Positions 1 through 10,194 of a stretch of DNA of 56,697 nt are shown in pieces; the stretch's first letter is position 1, and each line of letters opens with the position of its first letter. Below the pieces are notes generated by a model. It made no database searches, was not told the origin of the DNA, and saw only the letters and a list, made by a program, of their open reading frames with translations. The position numbers and the translations under genes were made by a program. Source of the stretch: a virus (lineage: Duplodnaviria; Caudoviricetes); IMG/VR virus record IMGVR_UViG_3300020171_002227, positions 1 to 56,697 of that record; one strand, 5' to 3'.

Positions 1-642
1 ATGAGTGAACAAAAATATAAAATTGGTGATGCTTATGATTTACTTAAGGAATTACCAAGTAAATCTATAGATTTAATTTTAACTGATCCACCATATGGAA
101 TTAAAGTTTCAGCAAAAAGTGTATCCTTAAGGGGTAAAGCGAAAATAACACAACATAAAGATTTTAATTGGGATCAAAATCGATTAGAGAAAAAATATTT
201 TGATGAAATGTTGCGTGTATCAAAAAATCAAATTATATTTGGTGGTAATTATTATACTGATTATTTATATCCTACATCATGTTGGATAGTATGGCATAAA
301 GATAATGGTGATAGTAATTTTTCAGATTGTGATTTAGCTTGGGGCTCATTTAAAACTTCTATTCGATATTTTAAACATCGTTGGCATGGAATGCTTCAAG
401 AAGATATGTCACATAAAGAAGAAAAATTATATCCAACTCAAAAACCATTAAAATTATTTGAATGGATTTTAAAAAAATATTCAAATGAAAACGATTTAAT
501 TTGTGATCCGTTTCTTGGTTCGGGTACAACATTAAGAGCATGTATGAATACTAATCGTAATTGTATTGGATTTGAAATTAATCCAGATTGCGAAAAAATA
601 TATAAAGAGCGATTAATGGTTAATCAAGTAAGGTTTTTATAA
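1..642 (+). CDS. DNA N6-adenine/N4-cytosine methyltransferase (beta class)
   Basis: Catalytic LTDPPY near the N-terminus, YPTQKP, and SAM-binding DPFLGSGTT near the C-terminus. Confidence 0.92.
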   Translation: MSEQKYKIGDAYDLLKELPSKSIDLILTDPPYGIKVSAKSVSLRGKAKITQHKDFNWDQNRLEKKYFDEMLRVSKNQIIFGGNYYTDYLYPTSCWIVWHKDNGDSNFSDCDLAWGSFKTSIRYFKHRWHGMLQEDMSHKEEKLYPTQKPLKLFEWILKKYSNENDLICDPFLGSGTTLRACMNTNRNCIGFEINPDCEKIYKERLMVNQVRFL

Positions 643-1145
643 TGAGAATTTGTGTTGATTCGGATAATTTTATAAATTCAATTACGTCATTGAAAACTAA
701 AAGTTTTTTCAATGTCGATATTACCTATAGGTTTTTATATGACAAGTTAGAACCTAAATTCAAAAAGTACTTACTTGAAAATGATTTAGATAAATCGCGA
801 ATAATAATATATCTTACCGATGATAAAAATAATAAAGTTATTAAAGCGATTGTTAAAAAATACCGCCATCAAATAAAATTTTTAGAATCAGAAACACATG
901 AGATTGGCGCGGCGATAAATAATATTTTTAGAGGTAAGTTAGATCGTAAACAATGCTTAATTGAATTAAGTCATTTTGAGAATCGACATATTTTAAAATG
1001 GTTAGAATCAATTTCAATCGCGTCATATGTTGTGGCGAGAAAAATGTCGGATATCGACAAATATGTAGATTCCCCGTATTTTAGGCATTTAGTTGTTTAT
1101 AGTTTATATGATTGTGGCGCGATTGCGCAATGGGTGAAAAAATAA
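642..1145 (+). CDS. Hypothetical protein
   Basis: 167-aa ORF coupled by TAATG overlaps to both neighbours; no recognised motif. Confidence 0.6.
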   Translation: MRICVDSDNFINSITSLKTKSFFNVDITYRFLYDKLEPKFKKYLLENDLDKSRIIIYLTDDKNNKVIKAIVKKYRHQIKFLESETHEIGAAINNIFRGKLDRKQCLIELSHFENRHILKWLESISIASYVVARKMSDIDKYVDSPYFRHLVVYSLYDCGAIAQWVKK

Positions 1146-1756
1146 TGAAAACAATAATTTTGGATACACGCGAGCGGAATGTTGATTTTATAAAATATCT
1201 AATGAATGCAGCATGTGAAAAAGGATATGAAGTACAACGCGAAGCAATAGCTTTTGGTGATATTAAATATCAAAATATTCATGTAGAACGCAAAGAAATA
1301 AATGATTTATGTTCCAGCGTTTGTGAGGGTAGGATGTTTGATCAAATTTATCAAATGAAAGCCAATCCAGATTACACCTCTATTATTGCTATATCTGGAA
1401 CTTACAATGAATTATGGAAAGATAATAAAAATAAAATACCGCATATAGAAGGCGCTTTACGTCAAATAATGGCGTGGGGTATTCCCGTAATGCAATGTAA
1501 AGATGATGTTGAATTAGTTGATAAAGTACTTAAATTATTTGAATATGATAAACTGGTATTAGTACCAATAAAGCGTGTTGATAAAGATGATAAACTATCT
1601 TTATTTATGTCATTACCGAATGTAGGGAGAGGTGGTGCAAAAAAATTATTCGCAAAGTGGAATAATATGGTTGAACTGTGCACCGCAACAATACCAGAAT
1701 TACAAAAAGTATTAGGACCTAAAAAGGGTGAAAGAGTTTACGATTCCCTTAGATAA
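1145..1756 (+). CDS. ERCC4/XPF-family structure-specific nuclease with C-terminal helix-hairpin-helix
   Basis: ILDTRE, GD, VERKEINDL motifs and HhH LPNVGRGGAKKL…LGPKKG; start moved to ATG 1145 (TAATG overlap). Confidence 0.88.
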   Translation: MKTIILDTRERNVDFIKYLMNAACEKGYEVQREAIAFGDIKYQNIHVERKEINDLCSSVCEGRMFDQIYQMKANPDYTSIIAISGTYNELWKDNKNKIPHIEGALRQIMAWGIPVMQCKDDVELVDKVLKLFEYDKLVLVPIKRVDKDDKLSLFMSLPNVGRGGAKKLFAKWNNMVELCTATIPELQKVLGPKKGERVYDSLR

Positions 1757-1772
1757 TTATAAATACTATTAA
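1751..1772 (+). promoter_or_regulatory. Archaeal-type promoter (GATAAT + TATAAATACTATTAA) upstream of thyX
   Basis: The same motif recurs before other + strand genes (~7016, 7437, 8130, 50755, 51746, 53015, 53412). Confidence 0.6.
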
Positions 1773-1789
1773 AAGAATAAGAGATAGAT

Positions 1790-2371
1790 ATGACAATAGA
1801 ATTATTAGCAATAACACCAGATGCCGAAAAACTGATAGAATTAGCCGGCAGAACAGCATATCAATCACAGGACAGAATTACAGATGAAAGTGCTGCAATT
1901 TTTATAAAAAGACTTATAAAAATGGGTCATACCTCGGTTATCGAGCATGCTTCAGCAACTTTTAAAATAAGTGATGTAAGTCGTGCGTTCAGTCATCAAC
2001 TGGTACGTCATAGAATTGCTTCATATACCCAGAAATCGCAGCGATACTGTAAGGAAGGTGGATTTGAGTTTGTTATACCTAGCGCAATAAATGATCATCC
2101 TGACGCATTACGAATATTTTACGGTTTAATGCATGATGCCGATGTTGCATATACTAAATTACAAGAAATTGGAATAAAAAATGAAGATGCGCGATTTGTT
2201 TTACCGAATGCCTGCACAACAGAAATAGTAATTACTGCAAATTTTAGAATATGGAGACATATTATTGGCCTTAGAACTGATAAAGCCGCACAATGGGAAA
2301 TACGAAATGTCTGTATGGAAATATTAAAGATATTAAAAGCGAAAGCGCCTTCGTGCTTTGGAGATTTATAA
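1790..2371 (+). CDS. thyX: Flavin-dependent thymidylate synthase
   Basis: GHTSVIEH, QLVRHRIASYTQKSQRY signature, EDARFVLP, AQWEIR. Confidence 0.96.
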   Translation: MTIELLAITPDAEKLIELAGRTAYQSQDRITDESAAIFIKRLIKMGHTSVIEHASATFKISDVSRAFSHQLVRHRIASYTQKSQRYCKEGGFEFVIPSAINDHPDALRIFYGLMHDADVAYTKLQEIGIKNEDARFVLPNACTTEIVITANFRIWRHIIGLRTDKAAQWEIRNVCMEILKILKAKAPSCFGDL

Positions 2372-2685
2372 TGAATATATTTATTTTAAATAATGATGAA
2401 CCACATTATTCTATTTCATTATGTTTTTCTTGTGGTTTTTTTACATTTGAGTTTGGTAAAAAATCATTTAATGTTTGGTGGATGCCACAAAAATGTTTAT
2501 TGGGTGAATTATGATAATGAGTAATAAATTTATAAAAAAACTTGGAATGACACTTGATGAACTTTATATTGAAAATAAAATAAAATATAATACATGTACA
2601 CCATTTGAATTAGAAATATATTTCAATAGCAAATCGTTAGAAAATAAAAAACGAATATTATGTGCTGCTGCATTTGGGTGTTAAT

Positions 2686-2886
2686 ATGTGCAATAGTCGA
2701 GGATATCAAAATTGGTTACATGCCGTCGGTGCTACAAGTTCGGTGTTAATGCTTTACGGTGCGGTTATTGTTGGTAGTGGTAATAGTTTAGGCATTATTA
2801 TCATGGTTGTTGGTGCTATATTCCAGCGAATTTCAAGTGAAATAGAATTCAGAAAAATTTCAAGATTAATTGAGGAAAAATCATGA
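2686..2886 (+). CDS. Small membrane protein
   Basis: Two hydrophobic segments; ATG at 2686 follows the stop of a small upstream ORF. Confidence 0.45.
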   Translation: MCNSRGYQNWLHAVGATSSVLMLYGAVIVGSGNSLGIIIMVVGAIFQRISSEIEFRKISRLIEEKS

Positions 2887-3494
2887 AATTTAAAGTAGGT
2901 GATATTCCGTGGAATAAAGGCATCGCTTGTTCTGAAGAAATAAAATTAAAAATTTCTAATAGTAGTAAAGGACGAAAAGCTTGGAATAAAGGCATCGCTT
3001 GTTCTGAAGAATGTAAAAAAAAAAATCGAGAATCACATTTAGGTAAAAATAATGTTTCTTGGAAAGAAAAAATAAAAAAAATATGTTTAATTTGTAATAA
3101 AAAATTTGAAGTTCTTCCATCTTATAGAAATGCTAAATTTTGTTCTAAAAAATGTTTTGGAATTTATGCATCACAAAATTATATAGGTGAAAAATCTTCG
3201 GGATGGAAGGGTGGAATAACAGAAATAAAATATTGTGAAAAATTTAACGAAATATTAAAAGAAAAAATTCGAGATCGTGATGGAAGAGTATGCCAAGAGT
3301 GCGGTAAAATTGAATTAGAAAATGGTAGAAAATTAGATGTTCATCACATACATTATGATAAACCTAATTGTGATCCAGATTTAATTGCTTTATGTATATC
3401 ATGTAATGTTAAATCTAATTATAATAGAGATTATTGGGAAGAATATTTTATGAATAAATTAAAAGAAAGAAATTTATTAAAATTGGAGAAATAA
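2883..3494 (+). CDS. Free-standing HNH homing endonuclease (NUMOD3-like repeats, Zn finger)
   Basis: WNKGIACSEE x2; RDGRVCQECG…LDVHHIHY…LIALCISCN. Confidence 0.85.
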   Translation: MKFKVGDIPWNKGIACSEEIKLKISNSSKGRKAWNKGIACSEECKKKNRESHLGKNNVSWKEKIKKICLICNKKFEVLPSYRNAKFCSKKCFGIYASQNYIGEKSSGWKGGITEIKYCEKFNEILKEKIRDRDGRVCQECGKIELENGRKLDVHHIHYDKPNCDPDLIALCISCNVKSNYNRDYWEEYFMNKLKERNLLKLEK

Positions 3495-3497
3495 TCT

Positions 3498-3983
3498 ATG
3501 GTTAAGTGCGGAATTTTAGGTACTGCCTGTGCGGGAAAAACAACACTCGCGAAACAGTTATCAGAGCATTTTAAATTTAATTTAATTAAAGAAGTTGCAA
3601 GATCATTTTTACCTGTAGATTTAACGGATGAAACCGTACAATATAATATTTTATTTAGACAAATTAAAAATGAGATGTTTTCTGATAGAAGCATGATAAC
3701 TGATCGTACAATTATAGATAATTATATTCATATTGAACGTTCATTTAAACCTAAAATGTATCTTTTAAAATTAGTGCGATCATGGGCAGAAACATATGAT
3801 GTGATAATACTATGTAAAAAACTACCATTTATCGAAGATGGTTTTAGAGAAGATATTGATATGGAAAATGACATAACCCAATTTATGTTATGTAATTTAA
3901 TAGATTATGAAGTGATTGATGGAAATGAAATCGAGCGATTTGAAAAATCTAAAAAAATAATTAACAGGATATATAAATGGTAA
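3498..3983 (+). CDS. P-loop nucleotide kinase (AAA_28/NadR-like)
   Basis: Walker A GTACAGKTT, EVAR, ITDRTIID, EDGFR. Confidence 0.8.
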   Translation: MVKCGILGTACAGKTTLAKQLSEHFKFNLIKEVARSFLPVDLTDETVQYNILFRQIKNEMFSDRSMITDRTIIDNYIHIERSFKPKMYLLKLVRSWAETYDVIILCKKLPFIEDGFREDIDMENDITQFMLCNLIDYEVIDGNEIERFEKSKKIINRIYKW

Positions 3984-4798
3984 GTATAATAGAAAAAACA
4001 ATAACATTGGAAGATAAGAACGAACCCCTAGTTATAATTCCTGTAGGTGATATACATTTAGGTGCGCTCGGAACAAATAAAGTATATTTAAAAAATACAA
4101 TTGAATTTATAAAAAATAAAAAAAATTGTTACATGATCGGCATGGGGGATTATTGTGACTGTATTGTTCCGCAAGATCAAAAGCGATTCGATATAAACGC
4201 GATAGATCCCGCATTCTTACCATACCTAGATAATTTACCAATGTCGCAACTTACAGAATTTAAGCGAATGTTAGAACCGATAAAAGATAGGATAATTTGT
4301 ATGTTACCTGGAAACCATGAAGAGTCAATGAAAAAATATCATTCATTAAACATAATGCGTGAGTTTGAATTAGATTTTAAAGTGCCTATTGGCGAGTATA
4401 TGACATTTTTAAGAATTAAATTTGATCGTGAACAATTTCATACCACACCATTAACATTCTTCTTACAACATGGTTGGTTCGCAGGAAGAAAAGCCGGTGG
4501 TAAAATTAATCAGCTTATGGATACGGCTAATTCATACGGCGCCGATGTTTATATTGTAGGCCATTCGCACTATTTAGGTGTTGAAGTTATGGATAGAGTG
4601 TCAATTGCTGCAAAAGGTAATACATTACTTAAAGAGAAAAAGGTATTTATCAGTTCTGGAACGTTTTTAGAAACAATATCTTTAGGTAGTTCAGGATATT
4701 CAGAGAAAAAGGCATATCCGCCAGCAAAAATTGGTACTGCGCGAATCGATATATACCCGGAACACAGACCAAGACCTGATATACATGTTCGGATTTGA
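3977..4798 (+). CDS. Calcineurin-like metallophosphoesterase
   Basis: GDIHLG, MGDYCD, GNHE, HG and GHSH motifs. Confidence 0.9.
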   Translation: MVSIIEKTITLEDKNEPLVIIPVGDIHLGALGTNKVYLKNTIEFIKNKKNCYMIGMGDYCDCIVPQDQKRFDINAIDPAFLPYLDNLPMSQLTEFKRMLEPIKDRIICMLPGNHEESMKKYHSLNIMREFELDFKVPIGEYMTFLRIKFDREQFHTTPLTFFLQHGWFAGRKAGGKINQLMDTANSYGADVYIVGHSHYLGVEVMDRVSIAAKGNTLLKEKKVFISSGTFLETISLGSSGYSEKKAYPPAKIGTARIDIYPEHRPRPDIHVRI

Positions 4799-5039
4799 GT
4801 TGTTAGTGACGGCAGCAGTATTGGGATCCAATATTGCTAATTTTCCAGCAATTTATAAAATATTAAAAACCAAGCGAGCGAAAGATTTAAGTAGGTTGTC
4901 GTCAATACTATGGTTAATTATAACATTTATTTTAACAATACATGCATTAAATATTGGTGATATTTATTTCATCTTATCGAATGCGGGAATGTTTGTAATA
5001 AATTTAATAATGTTAATACTTATACAAAAATATGGGTGA
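4785..5039 (+). CDS. PQ-loop/SemiSWEET-like three-TM membrane protein
   Basis: 84 aa from ATG 4785; FPAIYKILKTKRAKDLS matches the PQ-loop pattern (PA in place of PQ); three hydrophobic helices. Confidence 0.7.
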   Translation: MFGFELLVTAAVLGSNIANFPAIYKILKTKRAKDLSRLSSILWLIITFILTIHALNIGDIYFILSNAGMFVINLIMLILIQKYG

Positions 5040-5272
5040 ATAAAATGAAAATATATATAATAAGTCAAATTAAAAATTGTAATTATGATACATTTGATTC
5101 AGCGGTTGTGGTTGCTAATAATAAAGATGAAGCAAGATGTATTTATCCAAATAATTGCTCACCGGATCAATGGGTTAATAATCCAATAGACGTTACGGTT
5201 GAAGAAATTGGTGAAGCGGATGTAAAATATACTCAACCGTGTGTTATATTAGCATCATTTAATGCAGGATAA
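5036..5272 (+). CDS. Small hypothetical viral protein
   Basis: 78-aa ORF coupled to neighbours (YDTFDSAVVVA…VILASFNAG). Confidence 0.6.
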   Translation: MNKMKIYIISQIKNCNYDTFDSAVVVANNKDEARCIYPNNCSPDQWVNNPIDVTVEEIGEADVKYTQPCVILASFNAG

Positions 5273-5274
5273 TT

Positions 5275-7014
5275 ATGCGAGAAATAGATGAATATGTAAA
5301 TAAAAGTTCCTGGCGTGAAAAAGCAAACGCAAACTGGAACTATAGTTTTTCCGGTTTACAATCAAGTATTGCTGGAAGATCATTAGCAATTGATGCAATT
5401 GAGAAATTTGGAAAATATGGTAAAAAACATAAAGATGGATTCTACCATTTACATAATTTGGAGGGCGGAATTTACGGCAGATATTGTTCGGGAAATTCTT
5501 TAATGGAATTGCTTCAAAAAGGTCTTTATAATCCAACGGGCGTGAGTGCTAAACCCGCACAACATTTATCCACTGCAATTGATCATCTTATAAATATGAC
5601 TTACCTTTTGACGGGTGAGTGGCAGGGTGCCCAGGCTTGGAGTCATATCGATGTGTTACTTGCACCATATATTAGAAAAGATCAATTAAGTTATGGTGAA
5701 GTAAAACAAGAAATGCAAAAACTTATTTGGGCATTTTCATTCCCTTTACGACCTAATTTTCAATCTCCCTTTTCTAATTTAACATTTGGGTTAAGACCAA
5801 ATAAATATTTTGAAACTTTAACACCGTTTGCGGGTGATGAAATATATAAAGATATGCAATATAAAGATTATCAACGTGAAATTGATATGATAAATCGAGC
5901 GTTTCTTGATACCATGATTGATGGTGCTAATGGTACACCGTTTTCATTCCCATTACCTACTTATAATATTACACCCGACTTTAAATGGAAAAATTTAAAT
6001 AATCCTGAAAGTGTCGAATATAAAATTTTTGAACTTGCTGCAAAATGGGGCACACCATATTTTTCAAATTATATTTCTACTAATATATCTGAGGAGGATA
6101 TGCTTTCTCTTTGTTGTCGGCTCAGGTTGGATACCACTCAAATACAAAAAGTATCTGGCGGTATTTGGAATTTCGGAAATAATACAGGATCACTTGCGGT
6201 TGCTACTATTAATATGTCAAGACTTGGATATTTATCTAACGGTAATGAGAAAAAATTTTATAGACTTTTAGATCAACAATTAAAAGATGTAAAGAATTAT
6301 TTATTATTAAAAAAGCAATATGTAAAAGAAGGCAAAGATTTAGGATTATTTCCAATGACTAATTATTATGTGGGTGATAAAATATTAAAAACATATTTTT
6401 TAACTGTAGGTCTTAATGGATTGAACGAATGTTCAATGAATTTTAGTGACTTAAATATTTTACAAAATGAAAATTGGTGTAATGAGGTATTAAAATATAT
6501 GAGTGATGCGGTATTAGAAATGCAAGTATCAAGTGGTGAATTATTTAATTTTGAGGCTGTCCCAGGAGAAGGAAACTCATATTCACTTGCTAAGATTGAT
6601 CGTGAAAAATTCGATGATATATTTACTCAAGGAACAACTGAGGCACCATATTATAGTGGTAATAGTATGATACCAATGAATATGGATATTTGTGCGGAAA
6701 CAGCATTAAAACATCAAGCACGATTACAACAGAATTATACCGGAGGATCCATATTCCATATCGATGAGGGATTAGAATATAGTCCTATAGCGGTAGCAAA
6801 TTATATAAAACGTGTTTGTAAAGATTATCCATTACCATATGTTACCTGGTCACCCACATTTACTAATTGCGAAGAACATGGTAAATCATTTGGAAAAGAT
6901 ATCTGTTGTGATAAAGGGACAAATTATACACGCGTTGTCGGATATTATCGTCCGGTTAATCGATTAAATATTGGAAAGAAACAAGAATTTGATGAGAAAA
7001 GATTTTTACGATAA
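5275..7014 (+). CDS. nrdD: Anaerobic (class III) ribonucleoside-triphosphate reductase, no ATP cone
   Basis: YHLHNL, QSPFSN, PFSFPLPTYN, SLCCRL, YTGGSIFH and glycyl-radical loop TRVVGYYRPV. Confidence 0.93.
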   Translation: MREIDEYVNKSSWREKANANWNYSFSGLQSSIAGRSLAIDAIEKFGKYGKKHKDGFYHLHNLEGGIYGRYCSGNSLMELLQKGLYNPTGVSAKPAQHLSTAIDHLINMTYLLTGEWQGAQAWSHIDVLLAPYIRKDQLSYGEVKQEMQKLIWAFSFPLRPNFQSPFSNLTFGLRPNKYFETLTPFAGDEIYKDMQYKDYQREIDMINRAFLDTMIDGANGTPFSFPLPTYNITPDFKWKNLNNPESVEYKIFELAAKWGTPYFSNYISTNISEEDMLSLCCRLRLDTTQIQKVSGGIWNFGNNTGSLAVATINMSRLGYLSNGNEKKFYRLLDQQLKDVKNYLLLKKQYVKEGKDLGLFPMTNYYVGDKILKTYFLTVGLNGLNECSMNFSDLNILQNENWCNEVLKYMSDAVLEMQVSSGELFNFEAVPGEGNSYSLAKIDREKFDDIFTQGTTEAPYYSGNSMIPMNMDICAETALKHQARLQQNYTGGSIFHIDEGLEYSPIAVANYIKRVCKDYPLPYVTWSPTFTNCEEHGKSFGKDICCDKGTNYTRVVGYYRPVNRLNIGKKQEFDEKRFLR

Positions 7015-7046
7015 GTATAAATAGTAGTATAGTAATATACTATTAT

Positions 7047-7205
7047 ATGCTAATAATTAAAGACGTTAAAAGATTACATAAGCAATTAGTAAAAGAGCAT
7101 GAGCAACTTATGGCCAATCATGGTGACGGCTTTGAAATTAAGAGTCTTGAATTAGAAATTTTACGTGCTGAAGCATTGTTACGAGATTTAGGGGTTGAGT
7201 TTTAA
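7047..7205 (+). CDS. Small hypothetical protein (52 aa, not in ORF track)
   Basis: MLIIKDVKRL…LGVEF; TATA motif ~30 nt upstream; TAATG overlap with the next ORF. Confidence 0.5.
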   Translation: MLIIKDVKRLHKQLVKEHEQLMANHGDGFEIKSLELEILRAEALLRDLGVEF

Positions 7206-7435
7206 TGATGAAAAAATGCACTAATTTAATTGAAAATATTATTAAAAAAAGTAAAAACCGTAAATGGATATGTAATAGAATTCGTGAATTAGAAAAAATT
7301 GAAAATAAAACCGATAAAGATATTCGTGATTTATGCTCTGCTTATAACACTTTAACTTGGATACCATTTACAAATGATAATGAAATAAATAAATTCTGTC
7401 AAGAATGCGATTCTAATAAATATAGGAATAGTTAA
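7205..7435 (+). CDS. Small hypothetical protein
   Basis: 76-aa ORF in the early cassette. Confidence 0.5.
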   Translation: MMKKCTNLIENIIKKSKNRKWICNRIRELEKIENKTDKDIRDLCSAYNTLTWIPFTNDNEINKFCQECDSNKYRNS

Positions 7436-7534
7436 CTATAAATAGTATTAAGGTTAATATAGTATTGATGACTACTATAAAAAATGTACTAATTTAATTG
7501 AAAATATTATTAAAAAAATTATTTATGTGATCTT

Positions 7535-7729
7535 ATGAAATATTATGGATTTATGGTTTCAGAATTAAGTGGATCAATTGAGGATTTAGAAGGTACTTTT
7601 GATTATAAACCATCACATGAGAGTTGTGGATTTGCATTTGCTAAATGGTTTGAAAATGAGCGCGATAAAGATATTTCAAAATTATACATTATTAATGAAA
7701 TTAAAAATAAACAACTTAAGCGGGATTGA
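7535..7729 (+). CDS. Small hypothetical protein
   Basis: 64-aa ORF preceded by GTGAT. Confidence 0.45.
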   Translation: MKYYGFMVSELSGSIEDLEGTFDYKPSHESCGFAFAKWFENERDKDISKLYIINEIKNKQLKRD

Positions 7730-7735
7730 TTTTTA

Positions 7736-8047
7736 ATGATTACAAAAAAATTTGGCGTAGATTTTACATCTGATGGTGGAGCATTAACTTTAGATGTTGA
7801 AGAAGTTACAAAACCGGGTTCAGATACTAATGTACAATATTATAAAACTCATCCTGATGGTTGGAAAATAACCGCTTATATTAATGAAGATTATTATGAA
7901 TGGATAAATTATTTTGAAGCAAAACATCTAATATATGGAGATGTATGGGGTGATTTTCAATATATAGTTTTTGCCGATAGTGAAGAAGCATTTCAACATT
8001 TCTATAAAAATCATCCACCACATGCTTGGGATTACGGTGATATTTAA
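7736..8047 (+). CDS. Hypothetical protein
   Basis: 103-aa acidic and aromatic ORF. Confidence 0.6.
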   Translation: MITKKFGVDFTSDGGALTLDVEEVTKPGSDTNVQYYKTHPDGWKITAYINEDYYEWINYFEAKHLIYGDVWGDFQYIVFADSEEAFQHFYKNHPPHAWDYGDI

Positions 8048-8160
8048 TGATATTAATAGATTTATTACTATCGGTTATAGCGGGTTTTATTTTGGGTTAT
8101 TTATTTCGAGATGCAACATAAACGTCAACTATAAATACTATTAGGTACAATAGTATATTG

Positions 8161-10194
8161 ATGACTACTATAAAACAAGCCGCTAATATTTTATTATCTG
8201 TTTGTGACGGCGCAATAGCAAAAGACGGTTCTGGTTATACTGCTCCCGATTCATTTTTTGTGCGTGACGTTTTAAGTAAGAATTACTTTACTTATAATCA
8301 AGAGCGTGCAATACATAAAATTTTACTTAAATATAAAAAGCAACTTTTATCATTCAATATTGACTATGATCAACTAAAATTTGAAATTGATGCGCCAGCA
8401 CCAATTACGATAATACCAGTAAAAACTATAATACAAAAATCAAGTGGTATAGACGAAGTCACCATGCCATTTGGAAAGTATAAGGGCATGTCTTTAGAGG
8501 ATGTTTATCATACTGATCCTGGTTATATTACTTGGATAGCAAATAAATTTGATAATGGGTATATTAAAGACTGTGCGATGAATTTAATTAACGGCAAACC
8601 CATTCAAAAAGAAGAACTTGAAATGTCACTTAAAGGTGGCAAGATACTAATTAAATCACCCTTCGCTTATAAAGATAGAATTAAAGAACTACCAGAGCGC
8701 AAGTGGAATGCGGACATTAAAATGTGGGAATGTCCATTGTCAGTATTACGGGCAGTTATATCCGTTTTCCCCGAAGCAAAACTTTCAGTTGAACTTAAAG
8801 CTGAATTGGATAAAGCCGCATCTATCGCAAAACTATCTGGAATGTCATCTGATGCTAATCTAAATATAAAATTCGGTGATCTTGAGCTACTACCTTTCCA
8901 GAGCATTGGTGTAAAGTTTGTGGAGAATGCGGGTGGACGTGCGCTAATCGGCGATGAGATGGGTCTGGGCAAGACTATTCAAGCACTATCTTATCTTAGA
9001 CTACACCCAGAAATAAGACCCGCCCTGATCGTTTGTCCAGCTTCGTTAAAGCTTAACTGGCGCAATGAAGCCGTTAAGTGGTTAGATGTACGAGATAATG
9101 TTTCCGTCATCAATAAAGAAATAATATGTGATAAATCAGTATATATCATAAACTATGACATACTGATAAAGTATCAAGCACAATTATCGGCAATGAAGTT
9201 TAAAGCGATTATATTAGACGAGTCACATTACGTTAAGAATCAGAAGGCAAAGCGAACTGAAGCAACCATAGAGATAGCCAAAGATATCCCCAATAGAATA
9301 CTCTTAACTGGAACGCCAGTTTTAAATAGACCGAGAGAACTATTTACACAATTAAATATTATCGACCCAATATCATATCCGAAGTTTACAACTTTTGCAT
9401 TCAGATATTGTGGCGCAGAAAATACCGACTACGGATGGGACTTTAATGGTGTTAGCCACGCTGAAGAGTTGAATGACAGATTAAAGACAACCATGGTAAG
9501 ACGTACAAAGGCGCAAGTATTACAAGAACTTCCCGATAAGCGCCGCCAGACAATTGTTGTACTGTTGTCAAATGAAGAAGAATATTTTAAAGCGCATAAT
9601 GACTTTACTAAATGGCTTAGAATTAATAAGGGTATTACAACTGATGCAGAACATTTAGTAAGAATTGAAATGTTAAAGCAATTGTCAGCAAAGGGTAAGA
9701 TGGAAGCGATAATTGAAAACATTACTAATTTCTTAGAATCTGGAAAAAAGTTAGTCGTATTCGCGCATCATAAATTTGTAATCGATCAACTTATGAGCGA
9801 GTTTAAAGATATTGCAGTATCACTTACTGGCTCAACGTCTATGGACGACAGGCAGAAAGCGGTGGACGACTTCCAACATAATTCTGATGTAAAACTATTT
9901 ATCGGCAATTTACAGGCTGCGGGGATAGGAATTACACTTACGGCCGCATCAGATGTTATGTTTATTGAGTTTCCGTGGACGCCATCTCAATTATATCAAG
10001 CGGAAGATCGTCTTCATCGCATCGGACAAAAGAACGCTGTTAATGTAATGTATATGACTGGAGAAAATACAATTGATATTGAGATAGCGGAATTAATTCA
10101 AAAAAAAGCAAAAGTGATTGATGCCGTCATTGACGGAAAAGAATCAACCGATTTAAATATAATGAAAAACTTAATTGAAAAATATAGTAATTAA
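8161..10194 (+). CDS. SNF2-family (HARP/SMARCAL1-like) helicase
   Basis: GDEMGLGKT, DESH, LTGTP, QAEDRLHRIGQ; N-terminal MPFGKYKG module; TATA motif 31 nt upstream. Confidence 0.93.
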   Translation: MTTIKQAANILLSVCDGAIAKDGSGYTAPDSFFVRDVLSKNYFTYNQERAIHKILLKYKKQLLSFNIDYDQLKFEIDAPAPITIIPVKTIIQKSSGIDEVTMPFGKYKGMSLEDVYHTDPGYITWIANKFDNGYIKDCAMNLINGKPIQKEELEMSLKGGKILIKSPFAYKDRIKELPERKWNADIKMWECPLSVLRAVISVFPEAKLSVELKAELDKAASIAKLSGMSSDANLNIKFGDLELLPFQSIGVKFVENAGGRALIGDEMGLGKTIQALSYLRLHPEIRPALIVCPASLKLNWRNEAVKWLDVRDNVSVINKEIICDKSVYIINYDILIKYQAQLSAMKFKAIILDESHYVKNQKAKRTEATIEIAKDIPNRILLTGTPVLNRPRELFTQLNIIDPISYPKFTTFAFRYCGAENTDYGWDFNGVSHAEELNDRLKTTMVRRTKAQVLQELPDKRRQTIVVLLSNEEEYFKAHNDFTKWLRINKGITTDAEHLVRIEMLKQLSAKGKMEAIIENITNFLESGKKLVVFAHHKFVIDQLMSEFKDIAVSLTGSTSMDDRQKAVDDFQHNSDVKLFIGNLQAAGIGITLTAASDVMFIEFPWTPSQLYQAEDRLHRIGQKNAVNVMYMTGENTIDIEIAELIQKKAKVIDAVIDGKESTDLNIMKNLIEKYSN

